A DNA stretch of 64,000 nt from Candidatus Omnitrophota bacterium (lineage in GTDB: Bacteria; Omnitrophota; Gorgyraeia; JABMRN01; RBG-13-46-9): contig JABMQJ010000020.1 in the NCBI GenBank assembly GCA_013203315.1, forward strand, positions 6,774 to 70,773, written 5' to 3'. Made by a program: the position numbers and the translations under genes. The first letter of the stretch is position 1. The number at the start of each line of letters is the position of its first letter. Positions 38,406-48,790 of this stretch are shown here, piece after piece. Below the pieces are notes generated by a model that saw nothing but the letters and a program-made list of their open reading frames with translations, was not told the origin of the DNA and searched no databases.

Positions 38406-39656
38406 TTAACTTATTTTAGCGAAAATTTTCTGTATAACAAGAGCGCCTGCGCCTACGGCAACAGCATTTTCCCCCAAGCTTGTCGGAATAACTTTAACTA
38501 CCTTAACCGCTTCTTCATAGCCCCACATCTTAACGGTATTTTTCACCGCTTCCATCAGGACCTCGCCGGCCTTTTCAATGCCTCTTCCTATGACAACGGC
38601 TTCCGGATTAAAAAGATTTATCAAATACGCGATTTTAGTTCCCAGATACGCCCCCGCTTCCTGTAAAAACTCTACGGCAAGCTTATCGTCGTCTTTAGCC
38701 GCTTTTGTCACTATGCTAAATGTGATTTTATCTAAATCTCCTTTTACCATATCCAAAATCTTGGATTTCGCGTCTTTATTTTTTTGGAAATATATCTTGG
38801 AATATGTCGGAATACCTAAATCTATGCCCCTTGAACGAAGACAACAACCATGGCTATAACCCTCCCAGCAACGAAGCGAAGATTCTCCGGGAGGATTGAT
38901 ATTGAGTTCCCCCGCGCTTTTAGTAGCACCGTAATAAAGCTCCCCTTTTATAATCATTCCCACGCTTGAGTCGGAACATATAAATAATATATTTTCAACA
39001 CCTTCCTCGAGGCCTATTCCCGCCCATTTTTCACCCAAAGCTGCAGCCATGGAATCGTGTTCTACGACACTATGCATGTTAAACTTGCCTTCTACCGACT
39101 TCTGCAAGGCTGCATAGCTAAACGTTTCTCCTTTTTCGACAGCATAACGGGCCGTGCCCTTGTACCTATCCAGAGGCCCCCATATGCCGAACCCGACTCC
39201 CTTTATCTTTTCTTTTTCTATGCCGCTTTTTTTGACGAGCCTCTCGATAAGATCGTTTACCCTTTCTATGAATTTATCCTGCCCTTCTTCGCACTTTTTT
39301 ACTACCTCTTTAGCCACAACCTTTGAGGTCACGTCTAAAAGACAGGCTGTAAGCACGGTATCCTCTACAATGTGCGGCGCTCCTAAATCAACGCCTATGC
39401 TGTAACCATATTCCTTGTTAAGCCGTAGAAGTTCCGGACGTCTTCCTCCCGTGGAAATATCAAGGCCCGTCTCGTAGGCTAGGCCCTTCTTTATATACGT
39501 ATTAACGTAATTGGAAACCGTAACTATGTTAAGGCCGGTTAGTTTTGAAATGTCGGCGCGCGAAACCTCTCTTTTTCGTCTTATAGTATCCAGTATGTCG
39601 AGATTTCTTCTTTCTTTTTCAGTCAGGCGATCTTCTTTTTCAGTAAAGTCTTTCAC
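38406..39656 (-). CDS. ROK-family transcriptional regulator
   Basis: 416 aa. N-terminal HTH ('ISKLTGLNIVTVSNYV') and ROK sugar-kinase-like domain. Confidence 0.7.
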   Translation of the reverse strand: MKDFTEKEDRLTEKERRNLDILDTIRRKREVSRADISKLTGLNIVTVSNYVNTYIKKGLAYETGLDISTGGRRPELLRLNKEYGYSIGVDLGAPHIVEDTVLTACLLDVTSKVVAKEVVKKCEEGQDKFIERVNDLIERLVKKSGIEKEKIKGVGFGIWGPLDRYKGTARYAVEKGETFSYAALQKSVEGKFNMHSVVEHDSMAAALGEKWAGIGLEEGVENILFICSDSSVGMIIKGELYYGATKSAGELNINPPGESSLRCWEGYSHGCCLRSRGIDLGIPTYSKIYFQKNKDAKSKILDMVKGDLDKITFSIVTKAAKDDDKLAVEFLQEAGAYLGTKIAYLINLFNPEAVVIGRGIEKAGEVLMEAVKNTVKMWGYEEAVKVVKVIPTSLGENAVAVGAGALVIQKIFAKIS

Positions 39657-39671
39657 ATCACACCTCTTTTT

Positions 39672-41843
39672 TTAAACTAAACTCGAAGCGAGTTTAGGGT
39701 CAAGTTTTAGTAAAAATTCTTTTACGTTTTTATCGTGGCGCGCCATAGCAAAAGGGATACCCCAAAGGCTCATGTTGCGCACATATAGCTCACCATCACC
39801 GAGCGCACCGTCTTTGGAAAAAACTACGTCCGGCTGGGCCCAAACATTTTTTCTTTTATAAACAAAATTTTCCCAGGTTCTTTTGGCAATATCCAGCGCT
39901 TCGTCAACAAAACCTTCATATATCGCCAGGCAGCAAAGCGCGTATGTTTCGCCCGTCCATACGTTTTCTGCATGATGATTTGAATGATCGATTTTCCCGT
40001 TGGGATAAACGGAATTAACGATACCGAACTTACTCTTTTTTCCGTTTAGATTCAAAATTGTTTTAACGGCTTTTTTTACATGATCCTCGGGTAGTATATA
40101 ACCCAGACCCAGAAGATGTGCGTACCATTGCCCGTTAAGTTGGCCCGCGGTACAAGCATTATAACTGCTTTTTTTGGTTTTTCCCGCGATGTAATAAGAG
40201 CCGTTCCATAGTTCTTTTTCAAACGAATGCTTTCCTCTTTTAAAATAATCTTCGCATTGTTTGTAGAAAGCGTTATCGCCCATAATGCGTGCCATTTTCA
40301 TGGACGCAAGAAGGCTTGCTAAAAATATGCCGGAAGAATATGAGCTTGTTCCGTAAAAATCCCAGAGATCGTAAGTCTGGTCTTTGCCTTCGTTGTCGGG
40401 AAGGCCGTTTCCGTCCTTATCCTGGGAGAATTCCCAGAGCATCGCCTTTTTTACGCTTTTATATATTTTTTTCAAAAACTTAATGTCGTCGGTCCAGAGG
40501 AAATCCCTGTATGCCATTAAGGCGTACTTCGTGGAAAGGTCCTTCCACGGATGTCCGGCTGTCGTGCCATCCGACGGGCAGCCTATTTGCGATTTTCCAA
40601 GGTCGTGGGCGATGCGTCCGTCTTTTTTCTGGTACTTTTTAAAAAGGAGCATTGTGTTTTTTTCAAGCTCCGGGAAAAACATAGCAAGCGCAATTGTCCC
40701 GTAGTACCTAACGTCCAACGTACCCATGAGAGGCCATTTTACCGGATTCTCATACATGACAAATTGGTTGTCTTTTGTCCACCAGCTTGCCGAGGTTATG
40801 GTCGAAAGATAATTTATAAGACCGTCTTTTAGCCAATTTTTTAAGGGTGCGGTTTTTATGGGATTTTGCCACCTGTCTATTTTCTTTAAAAATTCTTCTT
40901 TTCTTTTATGAACATAAACAGCCACATCCCAGGAATCGCCGAACCAGTTCTGATACATGTGTCCGAGATAGTGGTTTGGCATAAACCATGTATAGTAAAA
41001 AGGAATTTCCTTTTCTTCATTTGGCTTTAATTTAAATTTAACTGCGAGTGCAGCCATCCATTCGTCACCCTCGCCCTGCGCTACCTTTCCGCCGTTCTCG
41101 TTGGGGAGTTCCCCATTTTCGCTGAAAAATCTCCATATGTCAAAACGCCTGTCTTCTATGTCACCCTTAAAATTATCCCTGACATAGGACCATTCGTTCT
41201 GGTAGGTAATATGGCCTACGTGCGGCACCGATAGAGATATGTCACCTCGAGCGCCACCGTCCCACGGATGCGCGTTTTTCTTATAAAAACTTACCCCGGT
41301 AAGACCGTTTTTCCGTCTTACCTTGTTATATCGGCCCACATTCCAGCTGCCGACCGCGTTTATGCCGGAAGCCATAATTGAAACGAGTGCTTTTTTGTTT
41401 GTTGTATTTTTTATTTTGAAACTATATATCGCTGAAGGGATGGAAGAATTTTTGTTATCCTCTTTTATGAAGGGTGAAAAAGCAAGAAGCGAAACATCTA
41501 GTTTTATATCTTTGTCTTTAAAACGAAGTTTGCCAACCGGAAAATTTGCTTCGAATTCTATTCTTTCTACGGTTGGGCATTTATTAAGAGGTGTAGTCTG
41601 GAGGAATTTACTTATTGATTTTTCGCCCTGTTTTATGAATATCGCGAAAGGATTCGAGACCCTATAGTCTTCCGCTGTTCCCGGCCTGTACCCATGAAGT
41701 TGGCCTAACGGTTTTTCCCAGTTGTTAAGCCCCGTAAAGGCGCCTCGTGTCCCGTCGGGAAAAAGTTGCAGTATCCCGCAGCCTATTCCACCGATTGGCA
41801 GCCCTGAAATAACATTGTCTTTTGATGTGTATTTTATAGACAC
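39672..41843 (-). CDS. GH116-family (glucosylceramidase-like) beta-glycosidase
   Basis: 723 aa. N-terminal 'SGLPIGGIGCGIL' matches the GH116 N-terminal beta-sandwich motif. C-terminal (alpha/alpha)6-like region. Confidence 0.5.
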   Translation of the reverse strand: MSIKYTSKDNVISGLPIGGIGCGILQLFPDGTRGAFTGLNNWEKPLGQLHGYRPGTAEDYRVSNPFAIFIKQGEKSISKFLQTTPLNKCPTVERIEFEANFPVGKLRFKDKDIKLDVSLLAFSPFIKEDNKNSSIPSAIYSFKIKNTTNKKALVSIMASGINAVGSWNVGRYNKVRRKNGLTGVSFYKKNAHPWDGGARGDISLSVPHVGHITYQNEWSYVRDNFKGDIEDRRFDIWRFFSENGELPNENGGKVAQGEGDEWMAALAVKFKLKPNEEKEIPFYYTWFMPNHYLGHMYQNWFGDSWDVAVYVHKRKEEFLKKIDRWQNPIKTAPLKNWLKDGLINYLSTITSASWWTKDNQFVMYENPVKWPLMGTLDVRYYGTIALAMFFPELEKNTMLLFKKYQKKDGRIAHDLGKSQIGCPSDGTTAGHPWKDLSTKYALMAYRDFLWTDDIKFLKKIYKSVKKAMLWEFSQDKDGNGLPDNEGKDQTYDLWDFYGTSSYSSGIFLASLLASMKMARIMGDNAFYKQCEDYFKRGKHSFEKELWNGSYYIAGKTKKSSYNACTAGQLNGQWYAHLLGLGYILPEDHVKKAVKTILNLNGKKSKFGIVNSVYPNGKIDHSNHHAENVWTGETYALCCLAIYEGFVDEALDIAKRTWENFVYKRKNVWAQPDVVFSKDGALGDGELYVRNMSLWGIPFAMARHDKNVKEFLLKLDPKLASSLV

Positions 41844-41886
41844 GTTATCTTACTCGCCTAAAACTGCTTTGGTCTTTGGTGGCAGG

Positions 41887-42948
41887 TCACCTATTGACTT
41901 TTCTTTTATAAACTTCTTTTATATAATCTTCGGCCAGTTTATTTTGAGGGGTAAAATTCCTGTTTGACTTTCCGCCCATTTTAACTGACGTGCCCCAATC
42001 CCACCAGTAAATACCATAAAACCATTCCTTGTCCCAGAATGTATCAATAACGGCTTTGTAGCAGTTTAGCTGTGTTTCCATGTCAGCCTTTGCGTTGGGT
42101 GCGCGTTCCCATGGTGAGCGTGCGGCTTGCGTTGCGCTGCAATATCCTGTTTCCGGAAATACAACCGGTTTATTGATTCTTTTTTGCCAGGCCTCTATTT
42201 CTGGAATCCATTTTTGCCACGCTTCCATAAGCTCATCATATGTAGGGTTATCCTTATCGGATAACGGAAAATAAGCATCGATTCCCGCGTAGTCAAGGTC
42301 ATCCCAGAATCTTATCTGGAGATATTCATCGCTCCAGTTGGCAGCATACATCAAGGGTCCCTTATATACCTTTCTCACTTCTTTTATTATTTTTCTCCAC
42401 TCGTCAACGTGATGCGTAGTCGCGCCGGTAAGTTCGGTTCCTACGCAAAACATCTCGACGCCGGTTTCCTGGGCTATTTTCGCGTAATGTATCATGAATT
42501 TTTCATAATTCTCGAACCATTTTTCCCAATCGGGCTCTGAAACGCAAGCTATGTCCCCTCTCCAGTTACCGAATTCCGTGCTTATAATATCAAGGTGCGG
42601 TTTCAGCAGTACCTTCATGCCGAGTGAACGTGCCGTTACTATGGCGTGTTTTAAGCTTTCGTCGGTGGGTGTTTTTTCCGTTGAAAATATATCCGTCGCA
42701 AAGCAGTGATCCTGGTACCATGTTGTGAGAATTGTAACCCATTCGACATTCATGTTTTTTAACTTTTCGAGCGATGCATCAGATCTTTTTGAAGCGTAAG
42801 CTTTTTTATTCCACGTCGTATAACACATGCCTTTCTGGAATACAGGGCCCGCATGCGCTTTTCCTACAAGACCAGCTACGCTTAAGAAACCTGCCAAAAC
42901 AATGATAGGCGCTATTGCGATTAGAGAAACTTTAAAAACTTTATTCAT
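41887..42948 (-). CDS. secreted TIM-barrel glycoside hydrolase (clan GH-A; GH113/GH5-like, candidate beta-mannanase)
   Basis: 353 aa with signal peptide. 'VGTELT' and 'FPETGY' Glu-containing motifs. Paralogous to the catalytic half of the 44422-46053 gene. Confidence 0.45.
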   Translation of the reverse strand: MNKVFKVSLIAIAPIIVLAGFLSVAGLVGKAHAGPVFQKGMCYTTWNKKAYASKRSDASLEKLKNMNVEWVTILTTWYQDHCFATDIFSTEKTPTDESLKHAIVTARSLGMKVLLKPHLDIISTEFGNWRGDIACVSEPDWEKWFENYEKFMIHYAKIAQETGVEMFCVGTELTGATTHHVDEWRKIIKEVRKVYKGPLMYAANWSDEYLQIRFWDDLDYAGIDAYFPLSDKDNPTYDELMEAWQKWIPEIEAWQKRINKPVVFPETGYCSATQAARSPWERAPNAKADMETQLNCYKAVIDTFWDKEWFYGIYWWDWGTSVKMGGKSNRNFTPQNKLAEDYIKEVYKRKVNR

Positions 42949-42979
42949 TCCCGATCACCCTCCGTTCGATTTGTTCGGC

Positions 42980-43720
42980 TTATTTGCCAATTCTTAAGTT
43001 GTCGATGTACACCGGGCCTTTGTAAACCGGCCTCTTATTCGATTCCACTCTTACGACAATCTTTCTTATGTCTTGTCTAAATGTTTCATCGGGAAGTACC
43101 CTTTTCCAGTCGTAGCTACCCGGTCCTATGTCGCCCCTTATCGTAACCCACTCGCCGGGGATAAGAGGGACTGAGCGGGTCATCTCTGTCCATTTCCAGC
43201 TATCCCCCACTGTAAGAATTATCTTTGCCCTTAACCCAAGTGGCGTGTCTTCTGTGATATACACATCTACCGCGATTTCCCTGTAAGGGCTGAAGTCGAA
43301 ATACTGTTCGTGCTCTATAATAGCTGCGCTCCATATTCTTCCCGGGAAGTTAGAGTTTACTTTAAGGCTTGAATTTCCTTCGCTTGCCACATCGCTTGAA
43401 ATTTCTATGCTTTCGGCAACGTGGTCATCTTTATCCAGGGCCCACTCGGGAACCTCCCAGCCATCTTCATCTTTTTCAAAACTGAATAAAACCATTTCTT
43501 CGGTTATGGGTTCACGTTCCGCATCCGCGGCGGTATCCTTTTCTTGAGCGGGTGTTTTTGGGGTAGCTTGTGGTTCGGCCTGCGTCGTAGCAGTTTCTTT
43601 TTTAACCGCTATTTTTGCAGAAGGGCCTTTCCCTTTCGGCTCTTCGGCTTTACCGCAACCCGAGGATATGATAGATAAAGATATAATAAGTGCTAAATAA
43701 TAAAAGACTTTTTTTCGCAT
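42980..43720 (-). CDS. secreted lipoprotein, CBM-like beta-sandwich (paralog A)
   Basis: 246 aa. Lipobox 'ISSGCG', low-complexity linker, then a conserved module shared with the next gene ('GLRAKIILTVGDSWKWTEM', 'PVYIDNLRIG'). Confidence 0.4.
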   Translation of the reverse strand: MRKKVFYYLALIISLSIISSGCGKAEEPKGKGPSAKIAVKKETATTQAEPQATPKTPAQEKDTAADAEREPITEEMVLFSFEKDEDGWEVPEWALDKDDHVAESIEISSDVASEGNSSLKVNSNFPGRIWSAAIIEHEQYFDFSPYREIAVDVYITEDTPLGLRAKIILTVGDSWKWTEMTRSVPLIPGEWVTIRGDIGPGSYDWKRVLPDETFRQDIRKIVVRVESNKRPVYKGPVYIDNLRIGK

Positions 43721-43813
43721 GATTCCCCTCTCAAGATTATTTACAAACTGTGGATAGTAGGGGGAGTTTAAACCTCCCCCTACTATTTGTAGCTGTCCGT
43801 ATATTAACGTATA

Positions 43814-44407
43814 TTATTCGCCCAATACGATATTATCTATATAAATCGGGCCGCTATACGCCGGTTTATTTGTTTCGATTCTGATCGCGATTTTTCTTAC
43901 GTCCGCTCTGAATTCATCTGTTGGCTTTGTTCGCCTCCAGTTGGTACTGCCTGGTTTTAGATTTGCTGATATGTGTGTCCATTCACCAGGTTTAAGTCTG
44001 ACTGAGCGGCTCATTTCTGTCCACTTCCAGTCTTCGCCTACCGTAAGAATCATCTTCGCTCTCAAGCCTACGGGCGCGTCTTCCGGCACGTAGATATCGC
44101 ATGCGAGCGTGCTGTATGGCGTCCAATCGTAATACTCCATGATCTCTGCCACAGCGCCGTTCCATCTGTTGCCCGGGAAATTGACAGTTAGTTTAAGACT
44201 GCCTTTTCCGTCATTAGCAACGTCTTTGCTTACATCAAGCTCCTCGCCCAGGTAATCGTCCTGTTCGTAAGCCCAGTCGGGGATTTCCCAACCTTCTGTA
44301 TCTTCGCCTTCAAAGGAAAAAAGCACTTGATCTTCTGCAAAAGTGCTTCCTGATGCGAGGAATACAACTGCTGTAAGCAGTGCCGCTATAAAAAATAGCT
44401 TCTTCAT
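43814..44407 (-). CDS. secreted CBM-like beta-sandwich protein (paralog B)
   Basis: 197 aa with signal peptide. About 50% identical to the C-terminal module of paralog A ('GLRAKMILTVGEDWKWTEM', 'PIYIDNIVLG'). Confidence 0.4.
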   Translation of the reverse strand: MKKLFFIAALLTAVVFLASGSTFAEDQVLFSFEGEDTEGWEIPDWAYEQDDYLGEELDVSKDVANDGKGSLKLTVNFPGNRWNGAVAEIMEYYDWTPYSTLACDIYVPEDAPVGLRAKMILTVGEDWKWTEMSRSVRLKPGEWTHISANLKPGSTNWRRTKPTDEFRADVRKIAIRIETNKPAYSGPIYIDNIVLGE

Positions 44408-44421
44408 ACGTACACCTCCTT

Positions 44422-46053
44422 TTATTCTATTTCCTTATACCACTTCTCTATCACAACTTCAGCTTCTTTATCCCTTATCGGAAAACCTATCGGGCTCCAG
44501 CGCTCCAGCGGGAAATACTGCCATATGTACATTCCCTTAAACCAGCTTCTTTTGCTTAGAACTTCGAGGGCCGCGTCCAAACAATCGGCCTGTTCTTTCT
44601 GGTCCTCCGGATTTGAAAGCGTTGCCCACGGCTGTTTATTCGTTCCGTCGGAACTTACGTATCCGAGCTCTGTAAATATGATCGGTTTATTGAGGTCATT
44701 ATCTTTTAACCATTTTTCTAAAATGTCAGCGTGTTTTTCCCATGCTGCTACTAATTCTTCTTTTGTGGGATCGTTTTTATTTGTCAGCGGAAAATAAGCG
44801 TCTATGCCTATCAAATCTAAGGCGTCCCAGAAAGGCATGTCAATATATTCTGTCCAGTTGGCTGAATATGTAATATACCCTGTGTATATTGCCCTTACGG
44901 AAGCGATAATATCTCGCCACTCTGCGTCCCATGCGTCGAATGAAGTGTTTTCGAGTTCTGTGCCTACTGAGAATATTTCCACGTTATTGTCCTGGGCAAG
45001 TTTTGCGTAGCGGAGAGCTATTTTTTTATAATTTGCAAACCACGCCTTGGTACCTATGATGTCGCCTCTGAATGTACCGTCTTTACAATCTACGTGAGGT
45101 TTAAGAAGTACTTTTATGCCGAGGGCGTGGCATGTCTGGATAGCATGAGCGATTGCACGATCGGTGGGGCTATCGCCGCCTTCAAAATCATGTACAACGA
45201 TTTCTGTTGAATCTACTGCGTCCTGATAAGTCGGAGCCATAATTGCTACGTGTTTTACGCCGATTTTTTTCAAATGAACAAGCATAAGATCAGACGGCAC
45301 AGAACCGAGTTCCCAATCTGTCCATGAGGTATACACAACGCCTTTGTGAAATTCCTCCAAGGTCATCGGTGTGGGTTCTTCTTTTAACTCCGCTATGGCT
45401 GCCGCAAGCTCTTCTTTTTTCTTGGTGAGATCTACTACGGGGGTTTTTCTTTCGGGCTCATCGGGGTTTAAACTCTTTGGGCCATATATCTCGAATTCCC
45501 ATATCGAAACTCCCCAGGTGGAGTTATTTCGCTTAAGGCCGATCATCTTGACGTAACGGGCTTTGATAGGTGAAAATTCTATTTCATCTATAACGCCGTC
45601 CTGTCCTTCCATTAATACGAGTCTCTTCCAGTTTTTATTGTCAAGCGAAGCCAGAATTTCGTAATCTAGCGCGTAGGCTGTTTCCCATCTTATGATTATT
45701 TTACTCAATACCTTTGGTTTGCCTAAATCGAAATAAATCCATTCGTTGTCAACTCCAAGCTGCGAAGACCAGCGTGTGAGTATATCCCCGTCAATAGGCG
45801 CTTTGGAGTTTGGAGGAGGGGCCCAGTCAGGTGTGTCGTCAAAACTTGAGGCAACCGCATCTTCAACCGAGAGATATACAAGAGCGTTCTCTTCGGCAAC
45901 CTCGGTTACTTCTTGTACCTCTTGCGATTCCTGGTTTCCGTATGCGTTCAGCGTGCATCCAACAATAAGTAGGAACGTAATGATATACTTCTTCATATGA
46001 CTCCTTATATTATACCTGGATAAGGCCTTTAAAGTGTAACACGTATGTAACAA
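44422..46053 (-). CDS. secreted discoidin (F5/8 type C)-domain + clan GH-A TIM-barrel glycoside hydrolase
   Basis: 543 aa. N-terminal 'DGDILTRWSS...WIYFDLG' discoidin/CBM32-like. C-terminal 'VGTELE', 'FTELGY' paralogous to the 41887 gene. Confidence 0.5.
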   Translation of the reverse strand: MLHTCYTLKALSRYNIRSHMKKYIITFLLIVGCTLNAYGNQESQEVQEVTEVAEENALVYLSVEDAVASSFDDTPDWAPPPNSKAPIDGDILTRWSSQLGVDNEWIYFDLGKPKVLSKIIIRWETAYALDYEILASLDNKNWKRLVLMEGQDGVIDEIEFSPIKARYVKMIGLKRNNSTWGVSIWEFEIYGPKSLNPDEPERKTPVVDLTKKKEELAAAIAELKEEPTPMTLEEFHKGVVYTSWTDWELGSVPSDLMLVHLKKIGVKHVAIMAPTYQDAVDSTEIVVHDFEGGDSPTDRAIAHAIQTCHALGIKVLLKPHVDCKDGTFRGDIIGTKAWFANYKKIALRYAKLAQDNNVEIFSVGTELENTSFDAWDAEWRDIIASVRAIYTGYITYSANWTEYIDMPFWDALDLIGIDAYFPLTNKNDPTKEELVAAWEKHADILEKWLKDNDLNKPIIFTELGYVSSDGTNKQPWATLSNPEDQKEQADCLDAALEVLSKRSWFKGMYIWQYFPLERWSPIGFPIRDKEAEVVIEKWYKEIE

Positions 46054-46086
46054 AACTGTAAATATTTTGCAACAACTGAACCGCTT

Positions 46087-46944
46087 CTACGGCGTTCCAT
46101 ATTCCTTAAGCCCCTTCATCGTTATCCCTTTCATGAAATACTTCTGGAACAACAGAAAGACGATGAGCATCGGCGTCGTCGCCACCACGGCACCCGCCAT
46201 GATCGTCGCGAATCTCGTGCCGAACTGACTGTTAAGCACGGAGAGGGCGAGCGGCAATGTGCGCATCTGGTTGGAATTTATCACTATGAGGGGCCATATG
46301 AAGCTGTTCCACTGCTGCAGAAACGTTAATATCGCCAGCGTAGCGAGAACCGGCTTTATCAGCGGTAGTATGACGAGGCGGTAGATACCGAACTCGCTGC
46401 ACCCGTCGATCTTCGCCGCATCCACCAAGTCATTCGGTATTGACATTATGAACTGCCTGCATAGGAAAACGCCGAAGACTCCCGCCATGACCGGAACGAT
46501 CAATGCGTTATACGAATTAAGCCAGCCAAGTTTCCTTATCAGGATGAACCCTGAAATGATGTTAACCTGCCACGGTATCATGAGCGAACCTAAGAGTACA
46601 AAAAATATCTTATCCCTACCCCAGAACTTGTGCTTGGCAAATGCGTAGCCCGCTAGCGAGCAGAAGAATAAGTTGGCGATGGTAACGGCAGCTGAGACGT
46701 ATATGGAATTCCAAAGGTACCTCAGTATCGGCATAAGCCGGAAGAGGTTCTGATAAGGCAAGACTGTCGGATGTTTCACTATGAACGAAGGCGGGTACGA
46801 CTGTACTTCTTCGACGGGTTTTATGCTGGTGACGAACATCCAGACATACGGGATCACTATGACGATCGCGCCGAGTGCGAGGAGCGCGTATATCATACTC
46901 TTTGTCGCAACATTCTGGAACCGCTTGCTCTTCAAAATCTCCAT
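46087..46944 (-). CDS. carbohydrate ABC transporter permease (MalG-like)
   Basis: 285 aa, 6 TM. EAA loop 'DAAKIDGCSEFGIYRLVILP'. Confidence 0.7.
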   Translation of the reverse strand: MEILKSKRFQNVATKSMIYALLALGAIVIVIPYVWMFVTSIKPVEEVQSYPPSFIVKHPTVLPYQNLFRLMPILRYLWNSIYVSAAVTIANLFFCSLAGYAFAKHKFWGRDKIFFVLLGSLMIPWQVNIISGFILIRKLGWLNSYNALIVPVMAGVFGVFLCRQFIMSIPNDLVDAAKIDGCSEFGIYRLVILPLIKPVLATLAILTFLQQWNSFIWPLIVINSNQMRTLPLALSVLNSQFGTRFATIMAGAVVATTPMLIVFLLFQKYFMKGITMKGLKEYGTP

Positions 46945-47059
46945 ATCGCTCGTTTTCCTCTAAAGATATTATCTACCACCCAAACACCGGTCTATTATAT
47001 CAAAAACTATGTAAAAAGATATAAAAACATTATAATACCAAAAGATCACATAAATAATG

Positions 47060-48709
47060 TCATTTTGTCATAGCATTTGAACTCTCGATCAACCTCGGCA
47101 TTACCTTCTCAATCCCTATCCGCACCATTTCCCTCGCTCTACTTTGTGAATCCGCAATAGCATAAATCCTGAACTCCGGTGCGTTCCCGGATGGCCTGAG
47201 ATGTGATATCTCACCATTATCAAAAAGCATTCTTATGCCATCTGTATAATTTACATTTTCAGGCTTCCCAAAACCGTCATGCTTAAGAAATGCTTCTTCT
47301 ATTCTCTTTTTAATAGATTCTCTTTCTTCCGGGTCTTCCAAATCTTTAGGGGTTAGAAAACTCATTATAGCTTTGCCCATTTCTATAGGAAATTCTTTTT
47401 TTCTATCTGCATGCGTAAACCGCAAACGAAGTGTTTTTATTAATTCTGAAACGCCTGATCCGCTTTTTACGACCAGATGTATAACGCTTAAAAGCGGAAG
47501 TACTGCGTCTCTGGTAGGTAAGGCTTTAAGGGTTTTATTTCCGATCGTAAGATCGGTTCCTGTTAAAAAACCACCGTTCGATTCCCATGAAACCACGTTC
47601 CATTTACCTGAATGACTTTGAATAGAATCATTCATTGCGGCAACAACAAAAGGTGACCCAATCTTGGTTTGGGTAAGTTCTATGCCTTTGTCCTTACAGA
47701 TCTTTATAATAGAATCATTTGCGCTAACAGGTACACACGCGGCATCTATCTTTATATTCAAATCTTGTAAACCCAACATAGCAAGTAATCCTAAAATATC
47801 ACCGGTTATATATTTTACATTGTCGGTCGGCCTACCTTCTTCATATTCCCTGTAAACCAGAAGAGGCCTATCTGAATCACCGTCTAGAGTTACGCCGATA
47901 TCGAGATCATTGCTCGCGAGAACCTTGTTAAAGATACTTAAAGTCTTATCGGACACACTTTCAGTATCAACCGGAACGAACCTCTCACTTCTTAAAGGTT
48001 CGTTGCCTATCTTAATATCTGGAGCAAAGACTTTTGCACCTAAACTTTGGAAGATCTCTTTTACGATGTCCCTGCCTACGGCAGAATGTTGATATAAAAA
48101 TATCTTTGTCCCTCGAGGAAAAAATTCGTTCCCGAACGCACACTTGTACCTATCTATATAAATTTGACCGGACTCGCCTGTATAAGATTCAGCTTTTAAT
48201 AATTTATTAAACTCAGATTCAAATTTTGCCTTAAAGGCGCCCTTTTTATCAAATATTGACTTCTTTTCGGAAGCAGAATAAACTTTTGTTCTTTCTTTTC
48301 TTACATTTTCCAAAATACCAGGCTCATCCGATTTTAATATCTCTCCGGTCTCTCTTGTAAACTTTATACCGTTCCTATCCACCGGTATATGGCTGCCTGT
48401 AACCATAATACTGGCCATATTATTCTGCATTGCATAATTTGCTAATGCAGGGCTGGGAACCTGCCCTTGATCGTCTACTATACCGCACATATCAGCGATA
48501 GCAGCCGAAACAGCCCTTTTTATCCTATACGTACTGGGCCTTCTATCTCCGGCTAAAGCTACAGTATCACCTTCTTTAAATTCTCCGCATGTCTTAAGAT
48601 ACGCGATAAAACCCCTTGCATTAATGAAACACTCCATATCGGTCATATTTTCGACCGTATCTCTTAAGCCGCTTGTACCGAATTTTAATTCTTTAAATTT
48701 CGCGTTCAT
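47060..48709 (-). CDS. alpha-D-phosphohexomutase (phosphoglucomutase/phosphomannomutase family)
   Basis: 549 aa. 'TGSHIP' active-site Ser loop. 'LDGDSDRP' metal-binding loop. Confidence 0.65.
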   Translation of the reverse strand: MNAKFKELKFGTSGLRDTVENMTDMECFINARGFIAYLKTCGEFKEGDTVALAGDRRPSTYRIKRAVSAAIADMCGIVDDQGQVPSPALANYAMQNNMASIMVTGSHIPVDRNGIKFTRETGEILKSDEPGILENVRKERTKVYSASEKKSIFDKKGAFKAKFESEFNKLLKAESYTGESGQIYIDRYKCAFGNEFFPRGTKIFLYQHSAVGRDIVKEIFQSLGAKVFAPDIKIGNEPLRSERFVPVDTESVSDKTLSIFNKVLASNDLDIGVTLDGDSDRPLLVYREYEEGRPTDNVKYITGDILGLLAMLGLQDLNIKIDAACVPVSANDSIIKICKDKGIELTQTKIGSPFVVAAMNDSIQSHSGKWNVVSWESNGGFLTGTDLTIGNKTLKALPTRDAVLPLLSVIHLVVKSGSGVSELIKTLRLRFTHADRKKEFPIEMGKAIMSFLTPKDLEDPEERESIKKRIEEAFLKHDGFGKPENVNYTDGIRMLFDNGEISHLRPSGNAPEFRIYAIADSQSRAREMVRIGIEKVMPRLIESSNAMTK

Positions 48710-48790
48710 TCTTTAACCTATTAAAATTAGGGACAGGCACCTTTAATTCTATTAAAGATATCTGTCCCTAATATTTACTTGAGAGTTTTT